Of a stretch of 64,000 bases of DNA, positions 38,436 to 48,298 are shown one piece after another. The stretch's first letter is position 1. The number at the start of each line of letters is the position of its first letter. Source of the stretch: Bacillota bacterium (GTDB lineage Bacteria; Bacillota; Clostridia; Lachnospirales; Lachnospiraceae); NCBI GenBank assembly GCA_023415595.1, contig JAEZJW010000142.1, positions 3,573 through 67,572 of the forward strand, read 5' to 3'. The notes under the pieces were generated by a model, which was not told where the DNA came from, searched no databases, and worked only from the letters and a program-made list of their open reading frames with translations. The position numbers and the translations under genes are program-made.

Positions 38436-40352
38436 ATGCTTTATTCCGAAACCAAAAATAAATACTATAAGATAAAGCATAGCATTCATAAAGTCACCGG
38501 TGCTGTCTTAAAGAGACATGATCCTGCACCCAAGGTGAAGCTGGATCCTATGATCATTCCTAAGTATGTGAATCAACTGGAAAAGCCGCCGGTTTTTAAG
38601 CCATATAGCACCTGGACCCACGAAACCAATCGAGGTAAAAAAAGGAAGAGGATGCATAATTACTGCGTCGATATCGGGGTAACCAGGCAGCAGATGCTCC
38701 CTATGGGATTTCCAAAAACAAAGGTCTATGGTTATGGGGGTGTAACCGTTCATCCGGATACAGGTAAGACCGGTTATACCATATGTTCACCCGGCCCCAC
38801 CTTTGAAGCCCGAAGAGGAACACCGGTAACGGTGAAATGGAACAACCGGATTAGGGGGAAGCATTTGCTTGCGGTTGATCCGACTCTGCACTGGGCTAAT
38901 CCTAACCATATGCCGATGGACCCTCCGAAACCCTGGCCTCCATATCCGCCGGGATTTTGGGAAGCACAGAAGCCGGTACCCACAGTAACGCACCTCCATG
39001 GAGGCGAAGTTCCTTCGGAGAGTGACGGGCATCCGGAGGCATGGTTCACCTTTGATAAGCACCATGGTCCGGCTTATGCATCCCGGGAGTATCATTATCC
39101 GAATGAACAGGAAGCAGCTACTTTGTGGTATCACGATCACACCCTTGGAATGACCAGGCTGAATGTATATGCGGGGCTGGCAGGCCTCTATCTGTTACGT
39201 GACGGCAGAAAGAACAGACACCTCAAGCATTATACAGAAGGAAGACTCAATCTTCCGCAGGGGAAGCATGAGATGCCTTTGATACTTCAGGATAAGCTAT
39301 TTAATACCGATGGCTCAATTCTATTTAATAACAGGGGCAATACACCGGAGGTTCATCCTTATTGGGCTCCTGGTTTTTCCGGCGATACTATGGTAGTGAA
39401 TGGCAAGGTCTGGCCGAACCTTAACGTGGACCGATGCCAATATCGATTCCGCGTTCTGAATGCATCCAATACCCGATTTTATAACCTGTTTCTGTCCAAC
39501 GGTATGGAGTTTACACAGATAGGCTCTGACGGAGGCATATTGAATAAGGCAGTCAGGCGATATGAGCTTCTGCTAGCACCAGGGGAACGTGCAGATATTC
39601 TGGTGGATTTCTCGAAGACGGAACCGGGAACTAAGATCAGGCTCTTAAATGATGCAAGAAATCCCTATCCGTTCGGACCTAAGCCAAATCCGGATACAGT
39701 GGGCCAGATCCTTCAGTTCACAGTGCCCTCAGACGCTCCAAACCCGGTAAAACCACCGAAGCTGCCGAATAGATTGAATTGTATCCAGACGCTGGCCCCG
39801 AACGTCTCGAAGAGAATCCTGACACTGAACGATATTGCCGGTCCAGCCGGTCCTGTTGCTATGTTCCTGAACGGACAGAGGTGGTCGGCTCATGTTACGG
39901 AGAAGCCCCGGGTAGGTTCGACAGAGGATTGGGAGATTGTCAGTATGACGGCCGGTGCTCATCCGATTCATATCCATCTGATCCAATTTCAAGTTTTGAA
40001 CAGACAGAATATAAAATCGATTGAGTATGCACAACGATGGAGGGAAGTAAACGGTCCGTTGCCTCTGCATCATCCGCCTCTGGCCATTCCGATAGAGCCA
40101 TACCTGCTCGCTAAGCCGATACCTCCGGACGAGAATGAGAAGGGTTGGAAGGATACGGTCATCATTAATCCGGGGCAGATCACCAGAATCAGGATTCGTT
40201 TTGCTCCTCAGGGTGTCATGAACTGTCAGGTGGAGCCGGGAGATAATGATTTCCCGTTCTCGCCCTGCGAAGGTCCTGGATATGTATGGCATTGCCATTT
40301 ATTGGACCACGAGGACAATGAGATGATGAGACCGATGAAGCTTGTTCCATAA
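38436..40352 (+). CDS. cotA: Multicopper oxidase, CotA-like
   Basis: THLHGG, WYHDH, HPIHIHL and WHCHLLDHEDNEMM copper-ligand motifs; no signal peptide. Confidence 0.85.
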   Translation: MLYSETKNKYYKIKHSIHKVTGAVLKRHDPAPKVKLDPMIIPKYVNQLEKPPVFKPYSTWTHETNRGKKRKRMHNYCVDIGVTRQQMLPMGFPKTKVYGYGGVTVHPDTGKTGYTICSPGPTFEARRGTPVTVKWNNRIRGKHLLAVDPTLHWANPNHMPMDPPKPWPPYPPGFWEAQKPVPTVTHLHGGEVPSESDGHPEAWFTFDKHHGPAYASREYHYPNEQEAATLWYHDHTLGMTRLNVYAGLAGLYLLRDGRKNRHLKHYTEGRLNLPQGKHEMPLILQDKLFNTDGSILFNNRGNTPEVHPYWAPGFSGDTMVVNGKVWPNLNVDRCQYRFRVLNASNTRFYNLFLSNGMEFTQIGSDGGILNKAVRRYELLLAPGERADILVDFSKTEPGTKIRLLNDARNPYPFGPKPNPDTVGQILQFTVPSDAPNPVKPPKLPNRLNCIQTLAPNVSKRILTLNDIAGPAGPVAMFLNGQRWSAHVTEKPRVGSTEDWEIVSMTAGAHPIHIHLIQFQVLNRQNIKSIEYAQRWREVNGPLPLHHPPLAIPIEPYLLAKPIPPDENEKGWKDTVIINPGQITRIRIRFAPQGVMNCQVEPGDNDFPFSPCEGPGYVWHCHLLDHEDNEMMRPMKLVP

Positions 40353-40383
40353 GCTCTTTGGAGCTCTTAATACACATTCTGTA

Positions 40384-40428
40384 AGAGAGGAAGGATTCCG
40401 TTAAATTACTGGGATCCTTCCTCTCTTT
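40384..40428. terminator. Hairpin between convergent cotA and AKR genes
   Basis: AAGAGAGGAAGGAT...ATCCTTCCTCTCTT. Confidence 0.75.
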
Positions 40429-40468
40429 GTTAATGCATGATAAATATAACCCCTTATTATCTGAATTA

Positions 40469-41452
40469 TCACAGGCTTCCTAAGACAGAACGGACTGCCC
40501 CCATCTGCTCTGCGGTCAGTGGACCGAATTCCATGGCCTTCGCATTCTCCTCCACCTGCTTCACTGTTTTGAAGCCCGGAATCGGAATGGTTGCATTGCT
40601 TTTTGCCCAAATCCAGGACAGGGAGCCTTGGGCAGGAGTCCTGCCGCCGATGGTCAGGATGTCACGGACAGAATCGAGGGTTCTTATGGCTTCCTCGGCA
40701 GGCCTTCCCTCCCGGAAGAGATTATCAGCCCATAAGTGCCCTGCTCCTCTGACATCCTCCCTGGAGAGGAAGGAGGTACGATCATATTTACCGCTCAGCA
40801 ATCCCATGGCAAGGGGACTACGGTTAATGCTGGCCAGATGCTTCTCCTCACAAAAGGTCACCAGATAATCAAAATCTTCAATGATATTCAGTCTATGCTG
40901 GATGGCACTGCAATTATCCTGCTCTGCAAATAGCTTGGCACCGCCTAGAAGATCCGTACTCCAGCCGTAGGTCCGGATCTTGCCCTTATCAACCAGCCGG
41001 TTCAGAGCTTCGTGGACGGCGCTGATTTCTGAGATGCTGATTTCCCAGACATGGAGCTGATACAGATCGATATAGTCGGTCTTCAGCCTCTTCAAGGATG
41101 CCTCGCAGGCCCGCTCGATGTAGTCGGGAGTTACATTGTAGCCCTGAAGGGTCTTGGTGGCTTCGTTTCCGAAATAACCGAACTTCGTTGCGATGACAGC
41201 CTGGCTTCTTCTTCCCTCCAGCGCCTTGCCGATGACCTCCTCACTATGGCCGATGCCGTAAGCGTCCGAGGTATCCAAAAAGTTAATCCCCAGATGAAGG
41301 GCGGCATGGATCGCGCGGATGGATTCCGCATCCTCTACCTGGCCATACCCGTCAATCTTCCCATCCATATAGAACTGTCCCCCAATTGCCCAGCAGCCTA
41401 ATCCCATGGGACTGACTTCAATACCCGATCTCCCTAAAACTCTTTTTTTCAT
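40469..41452 (-). CDS. Aldo/keto reductase
   Basis: MGLGCWAIGG, DTSDAYG, SLKRLKTDYIDLYQLH, IPIPG; ATG 41452 after AAGGAGG. Confidence 0.92.
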   Translation of the reverse strand: MKKRVLGRSGIEVSPMGLGCWAIGGQFYMDGKIDGYGQVEDAESIRAIHAALHLGINFLDTSDAYGIGHSEEVIGKALEGRRSQAVIATKFGYFGNEATKTLQGYNVTPDYIERACEASLKRLKTDYIDLYQLHVWEISISEISAVHEALNRLVDKGKIRTYGWSTDLLGGAKLFAEQDNCSAIQHRLNIIEDFDYLVTFCEEKHLASINRSPLAMGLLSGKYDRTSFLSREDVRGAGHLWADNLFREGRPAEEAIRTLDSVRDILTIGGRTPAQGSLSWIWAKSNATIPIPGFKTVKQVEENAKAMEFGPLTAEQMGAVRSVLGSL

Positions 41453-41552
41453 GTGAATTACCTCCTTTATATTCAAGTACGCGCGAACGTACCTGTGATT
41501 GGGTTTGTTACTAATCGCCGATAGCGAAAGGTGTGTCACAATAAATATAAAC

Positions 41553-41566
41553 CTACCGGTTGGTAG
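41553..41566. promoter_or_regulatory. Probable TetR operator upstream of AKR
   Basis: CTACC-N4-GGTAG palindrome, repeated at 42251-42264. Confidence 0.65.
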
Positions 41567-41632
41567 TTTAAATAGCAGAAAGTATGGAGTGCAGATATGA
41601 TTGCTTTGGAACTGCACTCCTTAACATCAGGT

Positions 41633-42226
41633 TTATTCAGCCTTCACACCCTCCCAGAAAACATGAAAGCATTCCTCCATATCCTTAAGCCCCTGCTCCT
41701 TCTTCATCAGATCGGCAGATAGGCCGATACAGGTCAGAACATAATAATAGGATTTTGCCATAGAAACAGCTCCCAGTGGCCGGAGCTCCTTACGGCGTAT
41801 GGCCTCCTCCATAACAACAGAAAGCTGAGTTATAAAGGCATTCTCGACCTCCATTGTTTGGGTAATGATTTCCTCCCTCATAGTGGCGGGAGGGAAGTAA
41901 TACATACGGTTCCAGAAATCCATCGCAGTATTATTCCAGTTGTATGAGATATATTTATCATAGATTACGGTAAGGCGCTGCTTAATCGGTAAGTCCGCTG
42001 CCTCAGTAAGTATTTCCTTTAATTTGACCTGATAATTGATAAGGATCTGTCTGAAGAGAGCACGAAAGATATCCTCCTTACTTTTAAAATGAAAATAGAG
42101 AGAGGCTTTATTTATTCCTACCTCTGAAGCAATTTTCTCCATCCGCGCTCCTTCAAAACCATTTTCAGCAAAGATTTGAAGAGCTGTCTGAAGGATTCGT
42201 TCCTTTGTTACAGAACCGTTGCCCAT
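41633..42226 (-). CDS. TetR/AcrR family regulator
   Basis: TKERILQTALQIFAENGFEG...IASEVGINKASLYFHFKSKE. Confidence 0.93.
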   Translation of the reverse strand: MGNGSVTKERILQTALQIFAENGFEGARMEKIASEVGINKASLYFHFKSKEDIFRALFRQILINYQVKLKEILTEAADLPIKQRLTVIYDKYISYNWNNTAMDFWNRMYYFPPATMREEIITQTMEVENAFITQLSVVMEEAIRRKELRPLGAVSMAKSYYYVLTCIGLSADLMKKEQGLKDMEECFHVFWEGVKAE

Positions 42227-42250
42227 GTCTGTTTCCTCCTATAGATTAAA

Positions 42251-42264
42251 CTACCATTTGGTAG
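42251..42264. promoter_or_regulatory. Probable TetR autoregulatory operator
   Basis: CTACC-ATTT-GGTAG upstream of the tetR start. Confidence 0.65.
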
Positions 42265-42406
42265 GCAATCTCATTGTAATTCCTTTCCTCTGATATGTCA
42301 ACTATTTTTACCAATAATCTTCTGTTTTGAATTTGTAAAAATACTAGATATTTCCATTTGTATCATGTATAATAATTGGTACAAGAAATTAAGAAGGAGG
42401 AAAAAA

Positions 42407-43267
42407 ATGAAACATACCAAACGATTATTACAGATGCTGGCGCTTGTAATGGCATTAGCCGTTCTATCGCCTTCTATTATACCCTTAAGCTATTCATCTG
42501 TTGCACAGGCAGCTACGATAAAGCTTAGTAAGAAGACCCTTACACTTGAGGTTGGTAAATCACAAACGCTGAAGATCACGGGGACGACGGCCAAGGTAAC
42601 CTGGTCATCCAGTAATAAATCCGTTGCTACGGTAAGTACGAAGGGTAAGGTCACCGCCAAGAAGGCAGGGAAAGCTACCATCACAGCCACTGTCAGCAAG
42701 AAAAAGTACAACTGTATCGTAACTGTGAAAAAGGCAGAAAGCCAGTCCGTCAAGAATGCACCGTTCACTGCCCAGGAGACTACACTCGGGCACATCAGGT
42801 TCGTATATCCGAAGGATTGGACGAATAATGTCGTTATGGATGAAGCCAGTCAGGCAATGTCTATGCTTTATCCGAGCAGCGCAAATATATTTGAAGGAAC
42901 CTCCAATATTGCAATCGTGATTTCGGAGACCGGTATGGCAAAACCTGAGCTGAGCGATGTACAGGAGTTCATTGACAGTACTTATACGCAGGAATATCTT
43001 GCAGAGCAGTATGGGTTAGCCCTGAATGCAACCATTTCGAATCTTAAAACTAGTGAATATAAAGCAAATCAGGGTATTGCCTTTAAAGTAGAATTCGATA
43101 CCACTGTCACAGAGGGAGCATCCATTACGATGCACCAGTGCATCTATGCACTCTTTTTGGATAGTTACATGTTTATTTTATCAGCCACCGATATAGGGAA
43201 CGGCAAGGAGCTGAAGCTTACTGAGATTGCAGAATATATGGTGAATACCGCAACGGTAGTAAAATAG
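42407..43267 (+). CDS. Secreted protein with bacterial Ig-like (Big_2) domain
   Basis: Signal peptide ending AQA; TWSSSNKSVATVSTKGKVTAKKAGKATITAT. Confidence 0.85.
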   Translation: MKHTKRLLQMLALVMALAVLSPSIIPLSYSSVAQAATIKLSKKTLTLEVGKSQTLKITGTTAKVTWSSSNKSVATVSTKGKVTAKKAGKATITATVSKKKYNCIVTVKKAESQSVKNAPFTAQETTLGHIRFVYPKDWTNNVVMDEASQAMSMLYPSSANIFEGTSNIAIVISETGMAKPELSDVQEFIDSTYTQEYLAEQYGLALNATISNLKTSEYKANQGIAFKVEFDTTVTEGASITMHQCIYALFLDSYMFILSATDIGNGKELKLTEIAEYMVNTATVVK

Positions 43268-43278
43268 ATTTAAACGAA

Positions 43279-43317
43279 AGAAGCCTTCGGCCCAAAAGCA
43301 CAGAGGCTTCTTTTTTT
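43279..43317 (+). terminator. Intrinsic terminator
   Basis: AGAAGCCT...AGGCTTCT followed by T-run. Confidence 0.7.
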
Positions 43318-43558
43318 GCGCAAACTCGTCTCCGAACTATCGAAACTAACAAAGCGTGATTTTTCTGGATGGTGAAACTGCTGAATATGACACGACAAAA
43401 TAATTAAATAACACTAGTAATTTCCAAATTATGGGTTTATAATATCTGATGTAGCACATTAATGTGGGGGATTTACATAGGAAGGACTGTCAGCGCTACA
43501 GGCTGCCGATCTCTGAAGACCGGGCAGCTTAGTTAAAAAAGGCAGGAGGAACAGGGAT

Positions 43559-44290
43559 ATGGGTCAGTTTAAAGGGACCTTTCAACGATATGAGGAGAAG
43601 TACTTATTAAATGAGATGCAATATGAGAAGATCATTCAGAAACTTAATGATAAGCTTACGGTGGACGAGTATGGCAGGACCTCCATCTGTAATATTTATT
43701 TTGACACACCGGATCACAGACTGATCAGGACCTCCCTTGATAAACCGGTATATAAGGAGAAGCTGCGGCTTAGAAGCTATGGGACACCCTCCGGGAGTGA
43801 TACAGTATATGTGGAGCTTAAGAAGAAATATAAGGATGTGGTCTACAAAAGACGTGTAAAGATGGATCTGGTTACTGCCGAGCGCTATCTGTATGATTAC
43901 GTTCATCCTGCCAAGGTATCTCAGATCCTGAGGGAGATTGATTGGTTCCTTTCATTTTACCCTAACCTGCAGCCGTCTATGTACATATCCTATGACAGGG
44001 TTGCCATGTATGGCATTGAAGACCCCGAACTAAGAGTTACCTTTGACTGGAACATACTTTATAGGAAGGAAGAGCTTTGGCTGGAAAGCGGAGCCTGGGG
44101 CAATCCGATCCTCCCGGAAGGAGGGCGGCTGATGGAGATAAAAATGCCCGGCTCCATGCCGCTCTGGTTATCCCATATTTTGAACGAACTAAGGATATTC
44201 CCTGTCTCCTTCTCCAAGTATGGAAGGGGATATCAGCTCTCACTTCTCGAAAATCATAAAGTACGTAAAGGGGGCATTCTATATGCTTAA
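43559..44290 (+). CDS. VTC (polyphosphate polymerase / CYTH-like tunnel) domain protein
   Basis: RYEEKY (ExK), IYFDT, KEKLRLRSY, VELKKK, YKRR, YDR, RVTFD, MEIK, FSKY. Confidence 0.88.
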   Translation: MGQFKGTFQRYEEKYLLNEMQYEKIIQKLNDKLTVDEYGRTSICNIYFDTPDHRLIRTSLDKPVYKEKLRLRSYGTPSGSDTVYVELKKKYKDVVYKRRVKMDLVTAERYLYDYVHPAKVSQILREIDWFLSFYPNLQPSMYISYDRVAMYGIEDPELRVTFDWNILYRKEELWLESGAWGNPILPEGGRLMEIKMPGSMPLWLSHILNELRIFPVSFSKYGRGYQLSLLENHKVRKGGILYA

Positions 44291-44948
44291 TTCTGTTTTA
44301 AAGGATACCTTCTCATTGGAGATTTTTATCATCTGTTTACTCTGTTCTGTATTGTTGGGAAGCCTGCTTGCCCTGGTTCATAAGAGATTTAACACCAGCA
44401 GCAAGGGCTTTATCATTACGTTAGCTATTCTTCCTTCTATTGTCCAGATGGTAATAATCATGGTAAATGGCAATCTTGGCACGGGAGTTGCTGTGATGGG
44501 TGCTTTCAGCCTGGTCCGCTTCCGGTCTATTCCCGGGAATGCCCGGGAAATTAATAGCATCTTTCTTGCCATGGCCGTTGGCCTTGCAACAGGAATGGGT
44601 TATCTGGCCACTGCCGGGATATTTGTTGTTATCATCTGCGGTATCAGTATCCTGTATAATCTGACAGCCTTTGGCGAGCCGACGCACAGGATGAAGGAGC
44701 TTAAGATCACAATTCCTGAAACGCTGGATTACAGCGGAGTTTTTGATGATTTATTCGAACAATATTTAAAGAGACAGGAGCTGATTCAGGTGAAAACCTC
44801 AGGTATGGGTAGCCTGTATAAATTAACATACCGGATTACCTTCAAGAATCCGGCGCAGGAGAAAGCTCTGATTGATGATTTGCGCTGCAGGAACGGTAAC
44901 CTTGAAATCACCTGCGGCAGAGTAGCCTACAATAGCGAAGAGCTATGA
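44283..44948 (+). CDS. DUF4956 family membrane protein
   Basis: VNGNLGTGVAVMGAFSLVRFRS signature; N-terminal TM bundle and soluble C-terminal domain; overlaps the VTC gene stop. Confidence 0.85.
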   Translation: MLNSVLKDTFSLEIFIICLLCSVLLGSLLALVHKRFNTSSKGFIITLAILPSIVQMVIIMVNGNLGTGVAVMGAFSLVRFRSIPGNAREINSIFLAMAVGLATGMGYLATAGIFVVIICGISILYNLTAFGEPTHRMKELKITIPETLDYSGVFDDLFEQYLKRQELIQVKTSGMGSLYKLTYRITFKNPAQEKALIDDLRCRNGNLEITCGRVAYNSEEL

Positions 44949-44964
44949 GGAAAGGAAGGATAGC

Positions 44965-45966
44965 ATGTTAAAAAGATTAAGCCTTTCAGTGATAATACTT
45001 CTGGCTATCGTAACAGTACTCGTCGGCTGTTCCGCTAAGAAGGAAATCAAGGCAAATAGTATTAATGATGGAGAGGACGCAGTAAAAGCGAGCGCGGACA
45101 TAGAGAATAGCACTATGAATCCCGGAGCCGGTACACAGGCTGCTGCGGTAGTGATGACTCCGGTATCGGTGGCTGGCCCCTTTGGATCCTCAGCAGTTAT
45201 AGTGAATACAGAGTTTTCAGACCGGGATGTCAGGATGACATATGAGGACAGCTCCGCTACCCATATTACTCTGGATGGGACTGATATTCGTATAGAGGGA
45301 GAAGGCGCAGTGGCTTCTGACGGGCTTCTGACGATTAATTCCGAAGGTACCTATGTATTAACCGGAACCCTGACAGACGGACGGCTGATCGTCGATGCCG
45401 GGGACGAGGATAAAATCCAGATCGTGTTACATGGTGTTAATATTAACTGCAAAGACAATGCTCCGATATATATTAAGAAAGCGGATAAGGTATTCCTTAC
45501 CCTTCAGGAGAATACGGAAAATACTCTGACTGATGGAAAAGAATATAATCAAGAGGATGGGGACAATGTGGACGGAGTCATATTCAGCCGGGCTGACCTG
45601 ACGCTGAATGGGGCTGGGAGCTTGAATATTACGGGTAACTATAAGCATGGGCTGGTTTCCAAGGACGAGCTGTTGATTACCGGAGGAACCTATCATATCA
45701 CAGCTGTTAAGGATACGATAAGCGGCAAGGATTGTGTTATGATCAGGGACGGAAGCTTCCTTCTGAATTCTCAGACAGGGAAGGGGATTGAATCTAAGAA
45801 TGAGGATGATAACACCAGAGGATATGTCTATATCTGCGGTGGAAGCATTAAAATTACCAACTGCAGGAAAGGCATCGACAGTACGGTGATAGCTGTAGCC
45901 GGAGGCGTTCTTGATATTACAGCATCGGAGGAAGACACCGAATCATCCGGTGAAGTCAGCCAGTAG
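44965..45966 (+). CDS. Lipoprotein with Cthe_2159-like (DUF4353) beta-helix carbohydrate-binding domain
   Basis: Lipobox LVGC; GTYVLTGTLTDG, IQIVLHGVNI, NTLTDG, DLTLNGAGSL, ITGGTYHITA repeats. Confidence 0.8.
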   Translation: MLKRLSLSVIILLAIVTVLVGCSAKKEIKANSINDGEDAVKASADIENSTMNPGAGTQAAAVVMTPVSVAGPFGSSAVIVNTEFSDRDVRMTYEDSSATHITLDGTDIRIEGEGAVASDGLLTINSEGTYVLTGTLTDGRLIVDAGDEDKIQIVLHGVNINCKDNAPIYIKKADKVFLTLQENTENTLTDGKEYNQEDGDNVDGVIFSRADLTLNGAGSLNITGNYKHGLVSKDELLITGGTYHITAVKDTISGKDCVMIRDGSFLLNSQTGKGIESKNEDDNTRGYVYICGGSIKITNCRKGIDSTVIAVAGGVLDITASEEDTESSGEVSQ

Positions 45967-46029
45967 CTAAACCGAGCAGGTATAACCAGACTTTTTGAGC
46001 GAGGCAAGGTTTTAGGGGGATGAAAAATT

Positions 46030-48000
46030 ATGAAAACAAGCCAGTTCAGGTTTGTAATACTGATATCATTCATGATATTTGGATTGGCAGGCTGTAATAA
46101 AATTAATACGAGGACGGTAATGGGAAGGTCAGAAGTCTCACAAGCCGTTGTTACAAAGAAGACGGAGAAACCTTTGGATATCACTGTATCAAAGGATGGA
46201 TGCCTCAGCTATTCCCTCACAAGTTCCTTCATTTATAATGATTCTGAGCTTACCATTCTGAGTAATAAACCGGGTAATATCTATTATACGCTTGACGGTA
46301 CCGATCCGGATGAAGCCCAGAGCATGTATCAGGAACCGATTAAGCTTGTTGCGGCAGAAGGAACGAAGGTGGTCTGTGTCAAAGCGAAAGCATATTATTC
46401 GGACGGCGGAGAATCAGATACCATTACACGGACCTACTTTGTAGGAAGAATAGTAAGAAGCCGGTTCAATACTCTGGTTTTTTCAATTACCAGTGACCCA
46501 TATAATCTTTATGATTATGAAAATGGAATTCTTGTGGAGGGAAAGCTGAGAGCTGACTATATTAAGGGGCACCCCTATGATAAAATCCTGCCGAAGAATC
46601 CTGCAAATTATAATTTACGAGGAAGGAAAAGCGAGAGGGAAGTCTTCCTGGAGGTCCTAGAGCCGGATGGTACAAGAGTTGCGGCCCAGGCTGCAGGCAT
46701 CAGGGTCTATGGCGGCTGGTCAAGGGCACCCCTGCAGAAATCACTTAAGATCTACACCAGAAAGGAATATGACAAGGAGAATAATAAACTCAGGTATGAG
46801 TTTTTTCCATGGAAGATTACTCCGGAAGGCGAACCGGCGGATGCCTTTAATCATTTGGTCCTGAGAAATAGCGGAAATGATTTTGGCCGTGCCTTTATCC
46901 GGGATGAGCTCATGCAGACACTGGCAGGGAAGGCCGGATATATGGACTATGAGGCAGTGCGTCCTGCTGTTCTGTACATAAATGGAGAGTACAAAGGAGC
47001 CCTCTGGCTTCATGAGGTGTATGATGATGAGTATTTTGATGAGAATTATGGAAGCTATGATGGAAGCTTTCAGGTACTGGAGGGAGCCGAGAAACATAAA
47101 AAACTGGATGAGGATAGGGAGAATGAGCAGGCGGTAGCCGATTATAATGCGATGTATGCTTACGCAGAGAAGGATCTGACCGATGAAGCAGCCTATCAGG
47201 AGCTCTGCAAACTAATGGACGTTCAAAATTATCTGGCTTATTATGCATTGGAGATTTATGTAAGCAATGAGGATTGGCCACATAATAATTATAAAACATA
47301 CCGTTATTATGCTGAAGAGGGAGAAGCCTACCGGGAAGCACCCTTTGATGGGAAATGGAGGTATTTGCCCCATGATCTTGACTTTAGCTTTGGGATCTAC
47401 GGTACCGGCGCCCTGGTTGATAATCTATGGAAATACATTGGAAATAAAGGAGAAATCAGAGAGAAATGCCCTATGTTTAGCCGGCTGATGCAGAGGGAGG
47501 ATTGTCAGGAATACTTTGTCGTAAAGACAATGGACTTAATTAACAGTGCCTTCTCACCGGATAATCTAAACCAAACACTGGAGGAGATGATGACATCCCG
47601 GATCAGGGAACAGAAGCAAATGTCTGAAGAACTGCTGCCGGAATGGATGCAGCTAGAGCGGCTGCAGGCTGAGGTTGAAACAATCCGTACCTATGCCAAG
47701 CTGCGTGCGGAGCACATTCCAGAGACACTTAAAAATCGGTTCGGACTGGGAGAACTATACCGTTTGACCGTACAGCCGGCAGAAGGCAGCAAGATTAAGA
47801 TAAACTCCATAATTACGGAAGAACTATTTGAAGGCTCCTACTTCCCGGATTACGATACTGTGATCAGCCCGGTTCTCCCGGAAGGAAAGAAGTTCGATTA
47901 TTGGCTGTTAAACGGCACAAAATATGAATCTGAGAAATTAGTAATAACTGCATCTATGGTGAAGGACCGGAAGGTTGAAGCCATCTGCTTCCTGAAGTAA
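46030..48000 (+). CDS. CotH kinase family lipoprotein (copy 1)
   Basis: Lipobox LAGC; IYYTLDGTDP (FN3-associated domain); GIRVYGGWSR, NEDWPHNNY, WRYLPHDLDFSFG. Confidence 0.85.
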   Translation: MKTSQFRFVILISFMIFGLAGCNKINTRTVMGRSEVSQAVVTKKTEKPLDITVSKDGCLSYSLTSSFIYNDSELTILSNKPGNIYYTLDGTDPDEAQSMYQEPIKLVAAEGTKVVCVKAKAYYSDGGESDTITRTYFVGRIVRSRFNTLVFSITSDPYNLYDYENGILVEGKLRADYIKGHPYDKILPKNPANYNLRGRKSEREVFLEVLEPDGTRVAAQAAGIRVYGGWSRAPLQKSLKIYTRKEYDKENNKLRYEFFPWKITPEGEPADAFNHLVLRNSGNDFGRAFIRDELMQTLAGKAGYMDYEAVRPAVLYINGEYKGALWLHEVYDDEYFDENYGSYDGSFQVLEGAEKHKKLDEDRENEQAVADYNAMYAYAEKDLTDEAAYQELCKLMDVQNYLAYYALEIYVSNEDWPHNNYKTYRYYAEEGEAYREAPFDGKWRYLPHDLDFSFGIYGTGALVDNLWKYIGNKGEIREKCPMFSRLMQREDCQEYFVVKTMDLINSAFSPDNLNQTLEEMMTSRIREQKQMSEELLPEWMQLERLQAEVETIRTYAKLRAEHIPETLKNRFGLGELYRLTVQPAEGSKIKINSIITEELFEGSYFPDYDTVISPVLPEGKKFDYWLLNGTKYESEKLVITASMVKDRKVEAICFLK

Positions 48001-48298
48001 GATAATAAATGGATTTAACTATGATATGCTCCCTGGCAGCGAGAGGTAATACGGCTTACTGCACAGAGGAGCATATTTGCGCTTTTACCGAATATTAATC
48101 TTTAGTATGATGCAGCCGGATAAAAGTTCTTAAGAATAGACAAGTACTGCGGTCTTGGTAATAACATACAAGAATCTGTCGCAAAATCAGAAAAAAAGCA
48201 CATTCCATATTCCAGAAAACTATTATATAATCAATAGCATATAGCTGGGAAAAAAGGACAGATATGGTTACAGGATTAGACGAGGGGGATTATAGATC

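Noticed and set aside
41453..41617. 55-aa N-terminal extension of the aldo/keto reductase in the ORF track
   Set aside because: A strong RBS precedes ATG 41452, and the extension covers the operator region.
43318..43360. GCGCAAAC...GAAAC segment resembling a c-di-GMP-I riboswitch
   Set aside because: The required paired stems and tetraloop-receptor arrangement could not be built.
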